DNA from: Candidatus Marinacidobacterales bacterium
GTDB taxonomy: Bacteria > Acidobacteriota > Vicinamibacteria > Marinacidobacterales > SMYC01
Length of the DNA: 64,000 nucleotides
Assembly (NCBI GenBank): GCA_965237955.1
Contig: OZ250169.1
Coordinates: forward strand, 6,048,001-6,112,000
Direction: 5' to 3'
Shown here: piece after piece, positions 20,622 to 29,444 of the stretch
Layout of the letters: each line of letters opens with the position of its first letter
Numbering within the stretch: position 1 is the stretch's first letter
The notes under the pieces: generated by a model
What the model saw: only the letters and a program-made list of their open reading frames with translations
The model's database searches: none
What the model was told of the DNA's origin: nothing
Translations under genes and position numbers: made by a program

Positions 20622-21379
20622 CTGAACACGTCTGAAATCACGCGCAGCTGTTCTCGGATGCGACCGACGAGTTGTTCCACGTACGGAGTCGCGGGTCGCC
20701 GCAACACGTCGGAAGGAGCGCCGACTTGTTCGAGCCGTCCCTCGTGAAGGATGGCGATACGATCGCCGAGTCGCACCGCCTCGAAGACGTCGTGGGTGAC
20801 GAACAAGATCGTCTTGCGAAGCCTCTTCTTGAGAGACACCAACTCTCGTTGGAGCTCATCGCGCGTGACCGCGTCGAGAGCGCCGAAAGGCTCGTCCATG
20901 AGGAGGTGCACGGGATCCGCGGCGAGCGCGCGCGCCACACCGACTCGTTGCTGCTGCCCTCCGGAGAGCTCCTCCGGGAAACGCTCGCCATACGCGGACG
21001 GATCGAGGCCGACCAGCTCCAGCATCTCGTGCGCACGCCGGCGCTGTTCGCTCGCTCCCAGTCCCTGAAGCCTCGGAACGACACCGACGTTTTGTAAGAC
21101 CGTCATGTGGGGAAAGAGCCCAATCCCCTGAAAGACGTAGCCGAGCGAGCGGCGCAACGCGACCGGGTCCACCTGGGCTGTGTCCTCGCGGTCGACGTGG
21201 ACGGTGCCGCTCGTCGGCCGAACGAGCCCGTTCACCATCTTGAGGAGCGTGGTCTTACCGGATCCCGAAGACCCCAACAGCACGAGGGTTTCACCGTCCG
21301 AAACCTCGAGGCTGAGCTTTTCGACGGCAAAGCTCCGACCTTCGTCGAAGGTTTTGGAGATGTCGCGAAAGGCGATCAC
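20618..21379 (-). CDS. Osmoprotectant ABC transporter ATP-binding protein
   Basis: GSSGSGKTT, GYVFQGIGLFPHMT, LSGGQQQR, MDEPFGALD; GTG start overlaps the upstream stop. Confidence 0.92.
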   Translation of the reverse strand: MIAFRDISKTFDEGRSFAVEKLSLEVSDGETLVLLGSSGSGKTTLLKMVNGLVRPTSGTVHVDREDTAQVDPVALRRSLGYVFQGIGLFPHMTVLQNVGVVPRLQGLGASEQRRRAHEMLELVGLDPSAYGERFPEELSGGQQQRVGVARALAADPVHLLMDEPFGALDAVTRDELQRELVSLKKRLRKTILFVTHDVFEAVRLGDRIAILHEGRLEQVGAPSDVLRRPATPYVEQLVGRIREQLRVISDVFR

Positions 21380-22209
21380 TGCGGGCGCGGTGGGCCGGCG
21401 CCTTGGGTCATAGGAAATGGAACTTCCTTCTGCTTGCTCGCGATCATGGCCACGTAGTAGAGGGGGCGTCCGTCGGTCGCGAGACGGTGCCGGTACCGTC
21501 GATACGCCTCGATGCGAATCACCCCGAGGCGGCTGAGCTCTCGGACCATGCGGGCAAAACCAGAGTCGTCCCGTTCCTGCAAGAAGTCTTCTTTGATATT
21601 GAAGGCGAGCCAGCCCGGCGTTGAGATCAGGGAAAGTGCTGTCGAGAATGCCTTCGGTGGAATGTCGCCAAACCCCAGCGTCGCGACCGTGGTCAGGCAA
21701 TTGAGCTCTTTGGACACCAGCCGCTGGGCCTCGTCCGTCGGCAAATCCGTCATGTCCGTGACGAGGTATTCCTGATAGATTCCTTTTCGGTCTCGCCCCG
21801 TCGCCGAGCGGGCTTCCGGGATGATGTCGACACCGACGATGGTGTCCACGCCGAGGCTCTGGAGCTCATCGCCCACCATGCCGTTGCCCGCTCCCAAATC
21901 GAGCACCCTCAAATCGTCGGGCGACTGACCTTGCTCGCGCATCACGTCGGCAAGGAGACGCGTAACTCGAAACGGGGAGATGCACTCGAGGCGGTCGTAG
22001 AAGAGCCTTTCGTAGAGTCCGGGGATATCGAAGATGGCCGCGTAATCATGAAAACGGATTTGTCTTTGGGTGCCTTCGACGGTGACGACACACCACTCCT
22101 CGTCCTGTGCAAGCCGCTCCTCGCTCTTGCCGGGGAGCTGGATCGCCTCGATGCTCGTGTCCATCGCCGAAAGCCGTTCCTTCCACACTGTTTCCGCAGT
22201 CGTAGTCAT
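21376..22209 (-). CDS. Class I SAM-dependent methyltransferase
   Basis: VLDLGAGNG, VGVDI; first gene of the operon. Confidence 0.8.
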   Translation of the reverse strand: MTTTAETVWKERLSAMDTSIEAIQLPGKSEERLAQDEEWCVVTVEGTQRQIRFHDYAAIFDIPGLYERLFYDRLECISPFRVTRLLADVMREQGQSPDDLRVLDLGAGNGMVGDELQSLGVDTIVGVDIIPEARSATGRDRKGIYQEYLVTDMTDLPTDEAQRLVSKELNCLTTVATLGFGDIPPKAFSTALSLISTPGWLAFNIKEDFLQERDDSGFARMVRELSRLGVIRIEAYRRYRHRLATDGRPLYYVAMIASKQKEVPFPMTQGAGPPRPQ

Positions 22210-22267
22210 GAAGCTTGCGCGTCCCCTTTTCGAGTTAAAGAAAAACTTGCCAAATTCTGAAGACCTA

Positions 22268-22296
22268 AATATATCGACCCCACACCAAAATTGCAA
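22268..22296 (-). promoter_or_regulatory. Sigma70-type promoter of the osmoprotection operon
   Basis: TTGCAA-17 bp-TATATT on the minus strand. Confidence 0.65.
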
Positions 22297-22364
22297 CGAA
22301 CGAGTCTCCGCAACAAGAAACCTCATCCTTAAAACAAAGCCTACAGTTAACTTACAGCGATGCA

Positions 22365-22393
22365 TTGACAGCGACCCGGGTCTACTGTAGTTT
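22365..22393 (+). promoter_or_regulatory. Divergent sigma70-type promoter
   Basis: TTGACA-17 bp-TAGTTT. Confidence 0.5.
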
Positions 22394-22468
22394 GACTACC
22401 ATAGAACAAGCGTTGCTATCGTTCGACCACGATGGAACTGGAGGCGCCTGGAATTCCCCGTAAGGCAC

Positions 22469-22845
22469 GTGGATCCGACTGAAAGAAAGGACTTCGGGAC
22501 GAAGTCCGACGACGACCTCGGGGAATACACCCGCATCTGTGTGCTCGTGGCCCGTAAGAACAACCTGTTCTCGGCGGCCGCCCGTACGGGATACGAAGAG
22601 CACGGCCGAGGCGCCGTTTTCTATTGTGGAGTGTGGGAGGAGATGCCCACAAAGCGACGCCTTGGTACTTGCCCGCTACGGAGCCCGAGTTTGCCAGCGT
22701 CGGCACCGAAATCCAGCAGGCCGTAGCGGTGTACCGTCCGTTGTCACAGGACGTGGTGGTCATCGTCACCCGAGACGATGAGGTCTTTGTGGCGAGGCTG
22801 CGGCTCCCAAGTCGCGATCCAGTCGTTGGAAGCCGGATGAACTGA
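22469..22845 (+). CDS. Hypothetical protein, apparently frameshifted near 22652
   Basis: ORFs 22469..22726 and 22624..22845 overlap and read as one plausible protein when joined at PTK/ATPW. Confidence 0.4.
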
Positions 22846-23108
22846 TGCAGGTCCTCAGGCCTCTCACCGCACCCATCGTTGCCAGCGGAATGGTTGGCGC
22901 GTCACTCGCCGCGTGGGCATGTTACGCGCACCGGCAATGGCAAGAGAGCATCGAGAGAGAACGCTTCGTTTTGTCGATGAAAGCGGCTTCGACACCGGAG
23001 TCGCTGGCGCCGGAGGAGCGAGAGCGCCTTCGATTGCTGCGGGCGCCGTGGTGGGGCGTTTGGCGCTGGATCCCGGCGCAGCTCGGACGGGGCGATGACC
23101 CTCGATGA
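22845..23108 (+). CDS. Small hypothetical membrane-anchored protein
   Basis: TGATG coupling to the upstream ORF; hydrophobic N-terminus. Confidence 0.4.
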   Translation: MQVLRPLTAPIVASGMVGASLAAWACYAHRQWQESIERERFVLSMKAASTPESLAPEERERLRLLRAPWWGVWRWIPAQLGRGDDPR

Positions 23109-23189
23109 GCGAGAGCGAGACGAGCCTCAATCGGATTCATTGCATACCGCGTTCGGGATTGTGAGCCGGGCGGCTGCAACCTACAGGGC

Positions 23190-23252
23190 GTTACCCAGTA
23201 TGTTACCCACGGCTGTTACCCGCGCGAGTTGCGTTCTCGCAACTTGTTGATT
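23190..23252. promoter_or_regulatory. att-site accessory elements: three GTTACCC repeats and an IHF consensus site
   Basis: GTTACCC at 23190, 23202 and 23215; 23240..23252 reads AATCAACAAGTTG on the minus strand, matching WATCAANNNNTTR. Confidence 0.65.
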
Positions 23253-23256
23253 CATT

Positions 23257-23333
23257 TGGTCGGGGCGGCAGGATTCGAACCTGCGACCCCCTGATCCCGA
23301 ACCAGGTGCTCTACCAAGCTGAGCCACGCCCCG
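23257..23333 (-). tRNA. tRNA-Pro(CGG)
   Basis: 77-nt cloverleaf, anticodon arm CCTGG-TTCGGGA-TCAGG, GGTTCGAATCC T-arm, encoded CCA. Confidence 0.97.
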
Positions 23334-23402
23334 ACCTAGGCAAGAGGATTAGTTTACATCGGAAAGCCGGCCGCCGGAAGCGGCCGACTCGTCGGGGATC
23401 TT

Positions 23403-23795
23403 CTAGGCCGGTCCCGCCTGCTTTTCTGCGAAGTCGCCGATCACGGGTAGTTTGAACCACTCGTTGCGAAAGGCCTTGACGGCGCAGAGCACCGCGGCCG
23501 CGAAGATCAAAAACGGCAGGAAGATCAGTGCGATCCAACCGAGTATCGGGATCATTCCGAGGACGATGCTCAAGCCCATGGACACGACCGCGAGCCCGAT
23601 GGCCTGGATAGCGTGGAACCTGATGAAACGGTTCTTGTTGTAGGGCTCGAGAACGAGCCACACGATGGCGATGATCAGGAAATACGACAGCGCCGCGGCG
23701 ACGTTGACGTCCAGCCCACCGACCTGCGTCGTGGACTGTGGCGATGGTGTCGGCGGAGGTGACGACGACGGCGGCGGTTTCGGTGCTTCAGTCAT
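23403..23795 (-). CDS. DUF4870-like membrane protein
   Basis: NVAAALSY, FIRFHAIQA, FKLPVIG. Confidence 0.8.
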   Translation of the reverse strand: MTEAPKPPPSSSPPPTPSPQSTTQVGGLDVNVAAALSYFLIIAIVWLVLEPYNKNRFIRFHAIQAIGLAVVSMGLSIVLGMIPILGWIALIFLPFLIFAAAVLCAVKAFRNEWFKLPVIGDFAEKQAGPA

Positions 23796-23899
23796 TCTCT
23801 AATCCTCACAAATGAGAAGGGTTCTGGGAAAGAAGCATTCTAGTTTGGATAGCGACCCAGTCTCAAGCGGCTTTCTCCACCGGACCTCCGCGAGGTAAG

Positions 23900-24409
23900 T
23901 TGGCGGGAATGGCAGGCCAAGAGAATCCCTACGCGGGCCCCACGTCGGATGCTGATGGATGGCGACGGGATCGATCCCGCGCCGGCGTTTCGATTCGAGG
24001 GGTTTTGGTGGGTTTGCCGGTCGCGTTCTTATCGATGCTCGGGGCGGGTCTCATCGTTGGACTGATCGCGACCGCGACTCTCGGTTTCGATCTCGAGGAA
24101 GCGGCGCGCCAAGGTGGTGGCCCGGTCGCACTCGCTCAGCAGGTACCGTACGCGCATTTTCTCTCGCTCGGAGTGTGGTCGGTGGGGGTTTTCTGCGGAG
24201 GCTACGTCGCCGCGGGGTATTCTAGTGACCGCCAGCTCGCCCAAGGCTTCATCGTCGGGGCCAGCATATGTTCGGTTTTCGTCTTCACCCGACTCGTGAG
24301 CGGGAACGCGAGTTTCTCGGTCCAGGATATTCTGGTGTTGCCCTTTGTCGTCGTCGGCGCACTCGGTGGAGCGCTCCGCGCCCGGAAGATGGCAATTTCT
24401 TCCCGTTGA
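23900..24409 (+). CDS. Hypothetical membrane protein
   Basis: ENPYAGP N-terminus and four TM segments with GGYVAA. Start uncertain. Confidence 0.6.
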   Translation: MAGMAGQENPYAGPTSDADGWRRDRSRAGVSIRGVLVGLPVAFLSMLGAGLIVGLIATATLGFDLEEAARQGGGPVALAQQVPYAHFLSLGVWSVGVFCGGYVAAGYSSDRQLAQGFIVGASICSVFVFTRLVSGNASFSVQDILVLPFVVVGALGGALRARKMAISSR

Positions 24410-25151
24410 ACTTCAAGTTCCAGGACTCGAGTGTGTCCAGAGCGTTGTAGTTCGTGAAATCGAGCTGGAGCGGGGTGACGGAGATGAAGTGATCACGCAG
24501 GGCATGAATGTCGGACATGCCGTTTTTCTCCCAGCGGCTGAAGCCCTGTTTGATCCAATAGTAGACGCGTGAGCGCGGGTCAACGCGTTCTTCGACTTTG
24601 GCCCAGTAGTCGCGGCGGCCTTGGCTGGTGATGCGTACACCTTTGATTTTGCTGCTGGGAACGTTCACGTTCAAGAACGTGCGCCGACCCCAATCCTTTT
24701 TGTTGACGACGACTTCCACGATCTTTCGGGCGAACGCGGCGGCGGCGCTGTAGTCACCGTCATCCTCCTTGGTGGCGAGCGAGACGGCGATGGACGGTAC
24801 GCCGAGCATCGCGGCCTCGCGGGCTCCGGCCACCGTCCCCGAGTAGGCGATGTCGTCGCCGACGTTCGCGCCTCGATTGATGCCGGAGACGACGATGTCG
24901 GGCGGTTTTGGTAGAAGCTTGCCGACGGCGAGGTTGACGCAGTCGGCCGGCGTTCCTTCGACGAAAAACGTTCGCTCCTCGATGTGCTCGAATCGGAGCG
25001 GCGCCGAGATCGTGAGCGCATGGCTCACCGCGCTCATCTCGCGCGCGGGCGCGACCACGGTGACTTCGCCGACTTCACGGAGCTTCTCAGCCAACGCCTT
25101 GATACCAGGCGCGTGTACCCCGTCGTCGTTGGTGACCAGGATATCGAGAAT
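24285..25151 (-). CDS. surE: 5'/3'-nucleotidase SurE
   Basis: ILVTNDDG, GTPADCV, SGINRGANVG, YSGTVAGA, SVTPL. Start codon unclear (ATT at 25151, or an indel). Confidence 0.92.
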   Translation of the reverse strand: MLDILVTNDDGVHAPGIKALAEKLREVGEVTVVAPAREMSAVSHALTISAPLRFEHIEERTFFVEGTPADCVNLAVGKLLPKPPDIVVSGINRGANVGDDIAYSGTVAGAREAAMLGVPSIAVSLATKEDDGDYSAAAAFARKIVEVVVNKKDWGRRTFLNVNVPSSKIKGVRITSQGRRDYWAKVEERVDPRSRVYYWIKQGFSRWEKNGMSDIHALRDHFISVTPLQLDFTNYNALDTLESWNLKFNGKKLPSSGRGALHRVRRRRQRATPEYPGPRNSRSRSRVG

Positions 25152-25200
25152 GGCGACACTTCTCCTTGTCGAGTTGAAGTCTGTTACCGCGAGTCCGAAA

Positions 25201-25277
25201 TGGTCGGGACGGCCGGATTTGAACCGACGACCACTTGCACCCCAAGCAAGTGCGCTACCAGGCTGCGCTACGTCCCG
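25201..25277 (-). tRNA. tRNA-Pro(GGG)
   Basis: 77-nt cloverleaf, anticodon arm CTTGC-TTGGGGT-GCAAG, CCA end; usual position downstream of ihf-merR. Confidence 0.97.
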
Positions 25278-25369
25278 ATCCCATCGCGTACGCGATGTAG
25301 GTTCCTAGGTGTCGCGTAGCAGGATATGGACGATAGCACGAATCAGGAGGCGCGGACTAGCCTCTTGAC

Positions 25370-25759
25370 CTATTCAGCCTTGAGGTCGCGGTCGAGCATG
25401 TCCAAAAGCCCATGCAGCTCGGCCTTGATTTCCTTGACTTCGTCCTTGAATCCGTCCTCGCCGGTCAGGGTCTGCGGCGCCGGCGTGACGCTTGTTCCTT
25501 TGGCTTGCTCTTTCATTTCCAGCTCCAGCTTCTTTTTCGCCCCCGCGATCGTGAACCCTTCTTCGTATAAGAGCGTTTTGATCCGCAAAATGGTCTCGAT
25601 ATCGCGTCGACGGTAGATGCGTTGGCCGGAATTGTTCTTGGCGGGTGCTAGTGCGGGAAACTCCGACTCCCAGTAGCGGAGCACGTACGGCTGGGTTTCG
25701 GTGAGCTCACAGACTTCTCCGATCTTGAAAAAGAGCTTGCTCGGTATCTTCTTTTCCAT
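25370..25759 (-). CDS. MerR-family HTH regulator (ihfA-associated)
   Basis: KLFFKIGEV, VLRYWESEF, GQRIY, LLYEEGFTIAGAK. Confidence 0.9.
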   Translation of the reverse strand: MEKKIPSKLFFKIGEVCELTETQPYVLRYWESEFPALAPAKNNSGQRIYRRRDIETILRIKTLLYEEGFTIAGAKKKLELEMKEQAKGTSVTPAPQTLTGEDGFKDEVKEIKAELHGLLDMLDRDLKAE

Positions 25760-25776
25760 TTACCGGCTCGCCTCAT

Positions 25777-26052
25777 TCAGGAGAAGCCGTTCTGGAAATT
25801 CTTGGAGGGACGGAAGACGACCGATTTTCGCGGGAGTATCGTCATTTCCTCTCCCGTTTGCGGGTTGCGCCCTTTGCGCTCTTTTTTCTCTCTCACGAGA
25901 AAAGTTCCGAACCCGCTGATCTGTACGCGCTCGCCCTCGCGCAACCCCTGCTTGATGAACGCCAAGATGAGGTCCACCAGCCGGGACGCCTCCTTGTTGG
26001 AGAGGCCGCCGTGTCGTTCGTAAACTACCTTTGCTAGGTCCGCCTTGGTCAT
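25777..26052 (-). CDS. ihfA: Integration host factor alpha / HU family protein
   Basis: MTKADL, ISGFGTF, GRNPQTG, FRPSK; ihfA-merR-tRNA-Pro synteny. Confidence 0.8.
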   Translation of the reverse strand: MTKADLAKVVYERHGGLSNKEASRLVDLILAFIKQGLREGERVQISGFGTFLVREKKERKGRNPQTGEEMTILPRKSVVFRPSKNFQNGFS

Positions 26053-26210
26053 GGAGGGTCAATGATCCAGCTTTCCGATCACAGGAGTTACGGCGCTGCT
26101 GTTAAGTCTTGACTTTAAGGAACTTTGAGGACTGACAGTTAAACCGAGTACCTAAAGTATTATATGAGACCCAAGAGTGAAGTCAAGCGTAATCATTGAG
26201 CGTTTGAGCG

Positions 26211-27524
26211 CTAGCGCTTCCGTATCGCGACTCTGAGCGGCGTCCCCTCGAAGCCAAACGTTTCTCTAAGCCTACGAGCAAGATAGCGCGGATACGTGGC
26301 GTCCAGCTCGGACCGCGATCGGTTCCCGAACACCACGAATCGCGGCGGCGAGACACCCGTTTGGGTGACGTAGTAGAACTTGACCTCCTTCCCGTCCTTG
26401 GCGCGAGGAGGCAGCCGGGCGGACGCAACTTCGAGAAAACGGTTGAGCTCGGGCGTTGGAACCCGCACCAGCTGCTGCTCGCGAACCTCGCGAATCCGGG
26501 GAAAGAGGCTTTTCATCCCCCGCCCGGTGATGGCGGAGAGGAACACGATGGGGGCGAAGCTGAGGTGGGGCATCTTCTCCCTTGCGACGAGCTCGAGCTC
26601 CTTCGCCTCCGCTTCCCGACCCTCGATGAGGTCCCATTTATTAAAGGTAAGAATCGCACCCCGTCCCGCATCCTCGATCTTCGCTCCAATCGACGCATCT
26701 TCGCTAGTAACTCCCGCGGTAGCATCGAGAACGAGAAGACATAGATGCGCCCGCTGCATGGCGCGCTCGGCGTACATCACGCCGAGGCGGTCGGCCTGGT
26801 TCGGGATCTTGCCCCGTCGTCGAATGCCCGCGGTGTCCACGAACCGGTAGGTGTCGCCATCGACCTCGAGAACCGTGTCGACCGCATCGCGGGTCGTGCC
26901 GGGAACATCGCTTACAACCGCGCGCTCCTCACCGGCCAGGCGGTTGAGAAGGGACGACTTGCCGACGTTGGGCCGGCCAGTAATGGCGACCCGCAACTCG
27001 TCGGACGCGGCAGCCTCACCAGGCTCGGGAACGCGCGCTGCTATCGCGTCCATGAGCTCGGCAACGCCGAGCCCGTGCTCGGCGGAAACTTCGAAGAGCT
27101 CGGGAAAACCCAATTTGTGGAACTCACCCGCTTGCGGCATGTGCCGCGCGGTATCGATCTTGTTCACGACCAGAAGCACGCGGTCCGAGATCGCGCGCAG
27201 CCGCTTTCCGAGGTATTGCTCCTCCGGAAGCAGGCCCGCGCGAGCGTCGACGACCCAGCACAAGAGCTGGGCTTCATCGATCGCGACGTCGACCTGGCGG
27301 CCGACCTGCTCATCGAGCGGCGTATCGAGCTCTTCGAGAATCCCGCCGGTATCGACGAGATCGAAGGTCTTCCCGTTCCACTCGACCAGCGATACATTTC
27401 GATCGCGGGTCGAGCCAGCAACGCAATCGACGATTGCCAAGCGCTTTCCGCTGATGCGGTTGAACAAGGTCGACTTGCCGACGTTGGGCCGGCCGACGAT
27501 GGCGACCCTCGAGGGCGCGCTCAC
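26211..27524 (-). CDS. der: Ribosome biogenesis GTPase Der
   Basis: Two GRPNVGKS P-loops, DTGG/DTAG, NKID/NKWD, KH-like tail FGFEGTPL. Confidence 0.97.
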   Translation of the reverse strand: MSAPSRVAIVGRPNVGKSTLFNRISGKRLAIVDCVAGSTRDRNVSLVEWNGKTFDLVDTGGILEELDTPLDEQVGRQVDVAIDEAQLLCWVVDARAGLLPEEQYLGKRLRAISDRVLLVVNKIDTARHMPQAGEFHKLGFPELFEVSAEHGLGVAELMDAIAARVPEPGEAAASDELRVAITGRPNVGKSSLLNRLAGEERAVVSDVPGTTRDAVDTVLEVDGDTYRFVDTAGIRRRGKIPNQADRLGVMYAERAMQRAHLCLLVLDATAGVTSEDASIGAKIEDAGRGAILTFNKWDLIEGREAEAKELELVAREKMPHLSFAPIVFLSAITGRGMKSLFPRIREVREQQLVRVPTPELNRFLEVASARLPPRAKDGKEVKFYYVTQTGVSPPRFVVFGNRSRSELDATYPRYLARRLRETFGFEGTPLRVAIRKR

Positions 27525-27638
27525 GCTTATCTCCTTGACATATCAAGACTTCCGGACCCGCGATTATAGCACTCCGTGAGGTGGTCCCAACGGCAAGACT
27601 AACTCGAATGTTTAGAGCATGATATGAGGAGAACTTGC

Positions 27639-27667
27639 TTGACACGTCAGGGCCCGGTTCCTATAAT
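27639..27667 (+). promoter_or_regulatory. Perfect consensus sigma70 promoter of the HU/IHF gene
   Basis: TTGACA-17 bp-TATAAT, then GGAGG RBS. Confidence 0.9.
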
Positions 27668-27693
27668 GATTCCCTATCCCTAGGGAGGTCAAT

Positions 27694-27963
27694 ATGATAA
27701 AGGTGGACATCATCAACGAGGTGTCCTCCACCGCGAACATCACGAAAGTGAAAGCGGAACAAGCCGTGGAAGCTGTGCTCGACGCAATGAAGAACTCCAT
27801 GAAACGCGGCGAACGCATCGAGCTTCGTGGGTTCGGGGTATTTCAGGTGAAGCCCAGGAAACGAGGCATCGGTCGCAATCCCCGGACCGGCAAGGAAGTT
27901 CGCATCCCACCGGGGCGGACTATCCGGTTCAAGCCGGGGAAAGACCTCCAGAACATACCCTAG
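27694..27963 (+). CDS. HU/IHF-beta family DNA-binding protein
   Basis: RIELRGFGVF, GRNPRTG, FKPGK. Confidence 0.93.
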   Translation: MIKVDIINEVSSTANITKVKAEQAVEAVLDAMKNSMKRGERIELRGFGVFQVKPRKRGIGRNPRTGKEVRIPPGRTIRFKPGKDLQNIP

Positions 27964-28010
27964 GTCACCCGAGCTCAACACGGGGCGGCTAGCGGCTGCA
28001 ACCGAGCGCG

Positions 28011-28940
28011 ATGCTGTCTCTCAAGCAACTCCTCGTCAGGCTAGCGCTCCGGTTCGCGGGAAGCCGCGCGCTCCCGCTCGTTTTTTTCCTCCTTACGATC
28101 GCGACCACGCTTCACATCGGATCGCTCCACGCGATCTACTTCCAGGATCTAGACGCGCTCCAGAGTTCGTTCTCGATCTGGCAGCGCGTCGTGTTCGGAC
28201 TCCCCTTCAGCCTCACCGTCATGACAATCATCGCCAGCCACGAGCTTGGGCATTACCTGACCGCGCGACGTTATCAGGTCAGCACGTCGCTGCCGGTTTT
28301 CATCCCTTTTCCCTTTTCCATCATCGGAACCTTGGGTGCCTTCATTCTCATCCGCTCGCCGTTTCCCAACCGAAGATCGCTCATCGACATCGGTCTCGCC
28401 GGCCCGTTCGCAGGCTTCATCGTCTGCATCCCCGCTCTCGTCATCGGGATCGCGACGTCGCGCCCGAGTGCGGGGGTCGCTCCCGACGGAAGCTTTGGCC
28501 TCGGCGAGCCGCTCTTGTTCCAAGCGATCGCGCACTGGGTGTGGGCCGATATGCCGGACCAGGACTTCACGCTGAGCCCGGTCGGTCTTGCCGCGTGGTT
28601 TGGACTCCTGCTGACGGCGATCAACCTGCTTCCGATCGGCCAGCTCGATGGCGGCCACGCGACCTACGCCCTCTTCCGCGAGAAGTCTCACCGACTCTCC
28701 GCGATCGCGTTCTTCGCACTCCTGCCCCTTTCCCTGCTCGCGCCGTCGTGGCTTTTCTTCGCGCTCTTCACCTACCTTCTCGGCATCCGCCGCCCGCACC
28801 CACCGACGGTTGACGACGATGTGCCACTCCCTCGCAGCCGCAAGATCATGGGCCTCGTCGGACTTGCAACATTTGCGCTATGCTTCACCCCCGAGCCGAT
28901 CAAGATTGGATGGGGTGATTTGATCGAGTTATTCCGGTAG
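28011..28940 (+). CDS. Site-2 protease family (M50) membrane metalloprotease
   Basis: HELGH, AGP, NLLPIGQLDGGH. Confidence 0.92.
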   Translation: MLSLKQLLVRLALRFAGSRALPLVFFLLTIATTLHIGSLHAIYFQDLDALQSSFSIWQRVVFGLPFSLTVMTIIASHELGHYLTARRYQVSTSLPVFIPFPFSIIGTLGAFILIRSPFPNRRSLIDIGLAGPFAGFIVCIPALVIGIATSRPSAGVAPDGSFGLGEPLLFQAIAHWVWADMPDQDFTLSPVGLAAWFGLLLTAINLLPIGQLDGGHATYALFREKSHRLSAIAFFALLPLSLLAPSWLFFALFTYLLGIRRPHPPTVDDDVPLPRSRKIMGLVGLATFALCFTPEPIKIGWGDLIELFR

Positions 28941-29444
28941 CAACAAACGACGAGAAACACCCTCGGCTGAAATACCACGATGCGGGATTTTCGCCACGAA
29001 AGTCCCGCCTTTGGCCGCGTTTTCGTTGGCATACGGCTGGCTAGACCCAGCCCCAGTACCAATCGAGATCCGCGGGCGCAACGCGTCGCCAACAGCAAAA
29101 GGAGACCAGTATTTCGCGCCGCAGCTCTGTCTCTCGCTATGGCAACTCTCCTCCTGAGTTGCTCGGATGGCGTCGGCATGCCCGCAGAGGGATCCAAACT
29201 CCTGCGCGTTTGGTGGGAATTCGAAGGCAACACGGACACGTTCGAGGATTTTGATATCTCAGACGAGGTGCTTCCCGGCTTTTTGACTGGGACGCTGTCG
29301 ACGGCAACGGCGTGTCTTACTTCATCCTCGGCCCCGCCTCCACCATCGGAGGAGTTAGTGCGGGCGGATGCAGGGCTTACACCGACTAGGCTTGATTCAC
29401 CTCAGAGGGAGGGCAGGCCTTTCGTCCGGCCCTCCCTTGAGTCG

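Larger units (their letters stand above)
16863..23303. mobile_element. Genomic island integrated at tRNA-Pro(CGG), no integrase gene
   Basis: Bounded by direct repeats of the tRNA 3' half; IHF site and triple repeat next to the tRNA. Confidence 0.85.
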
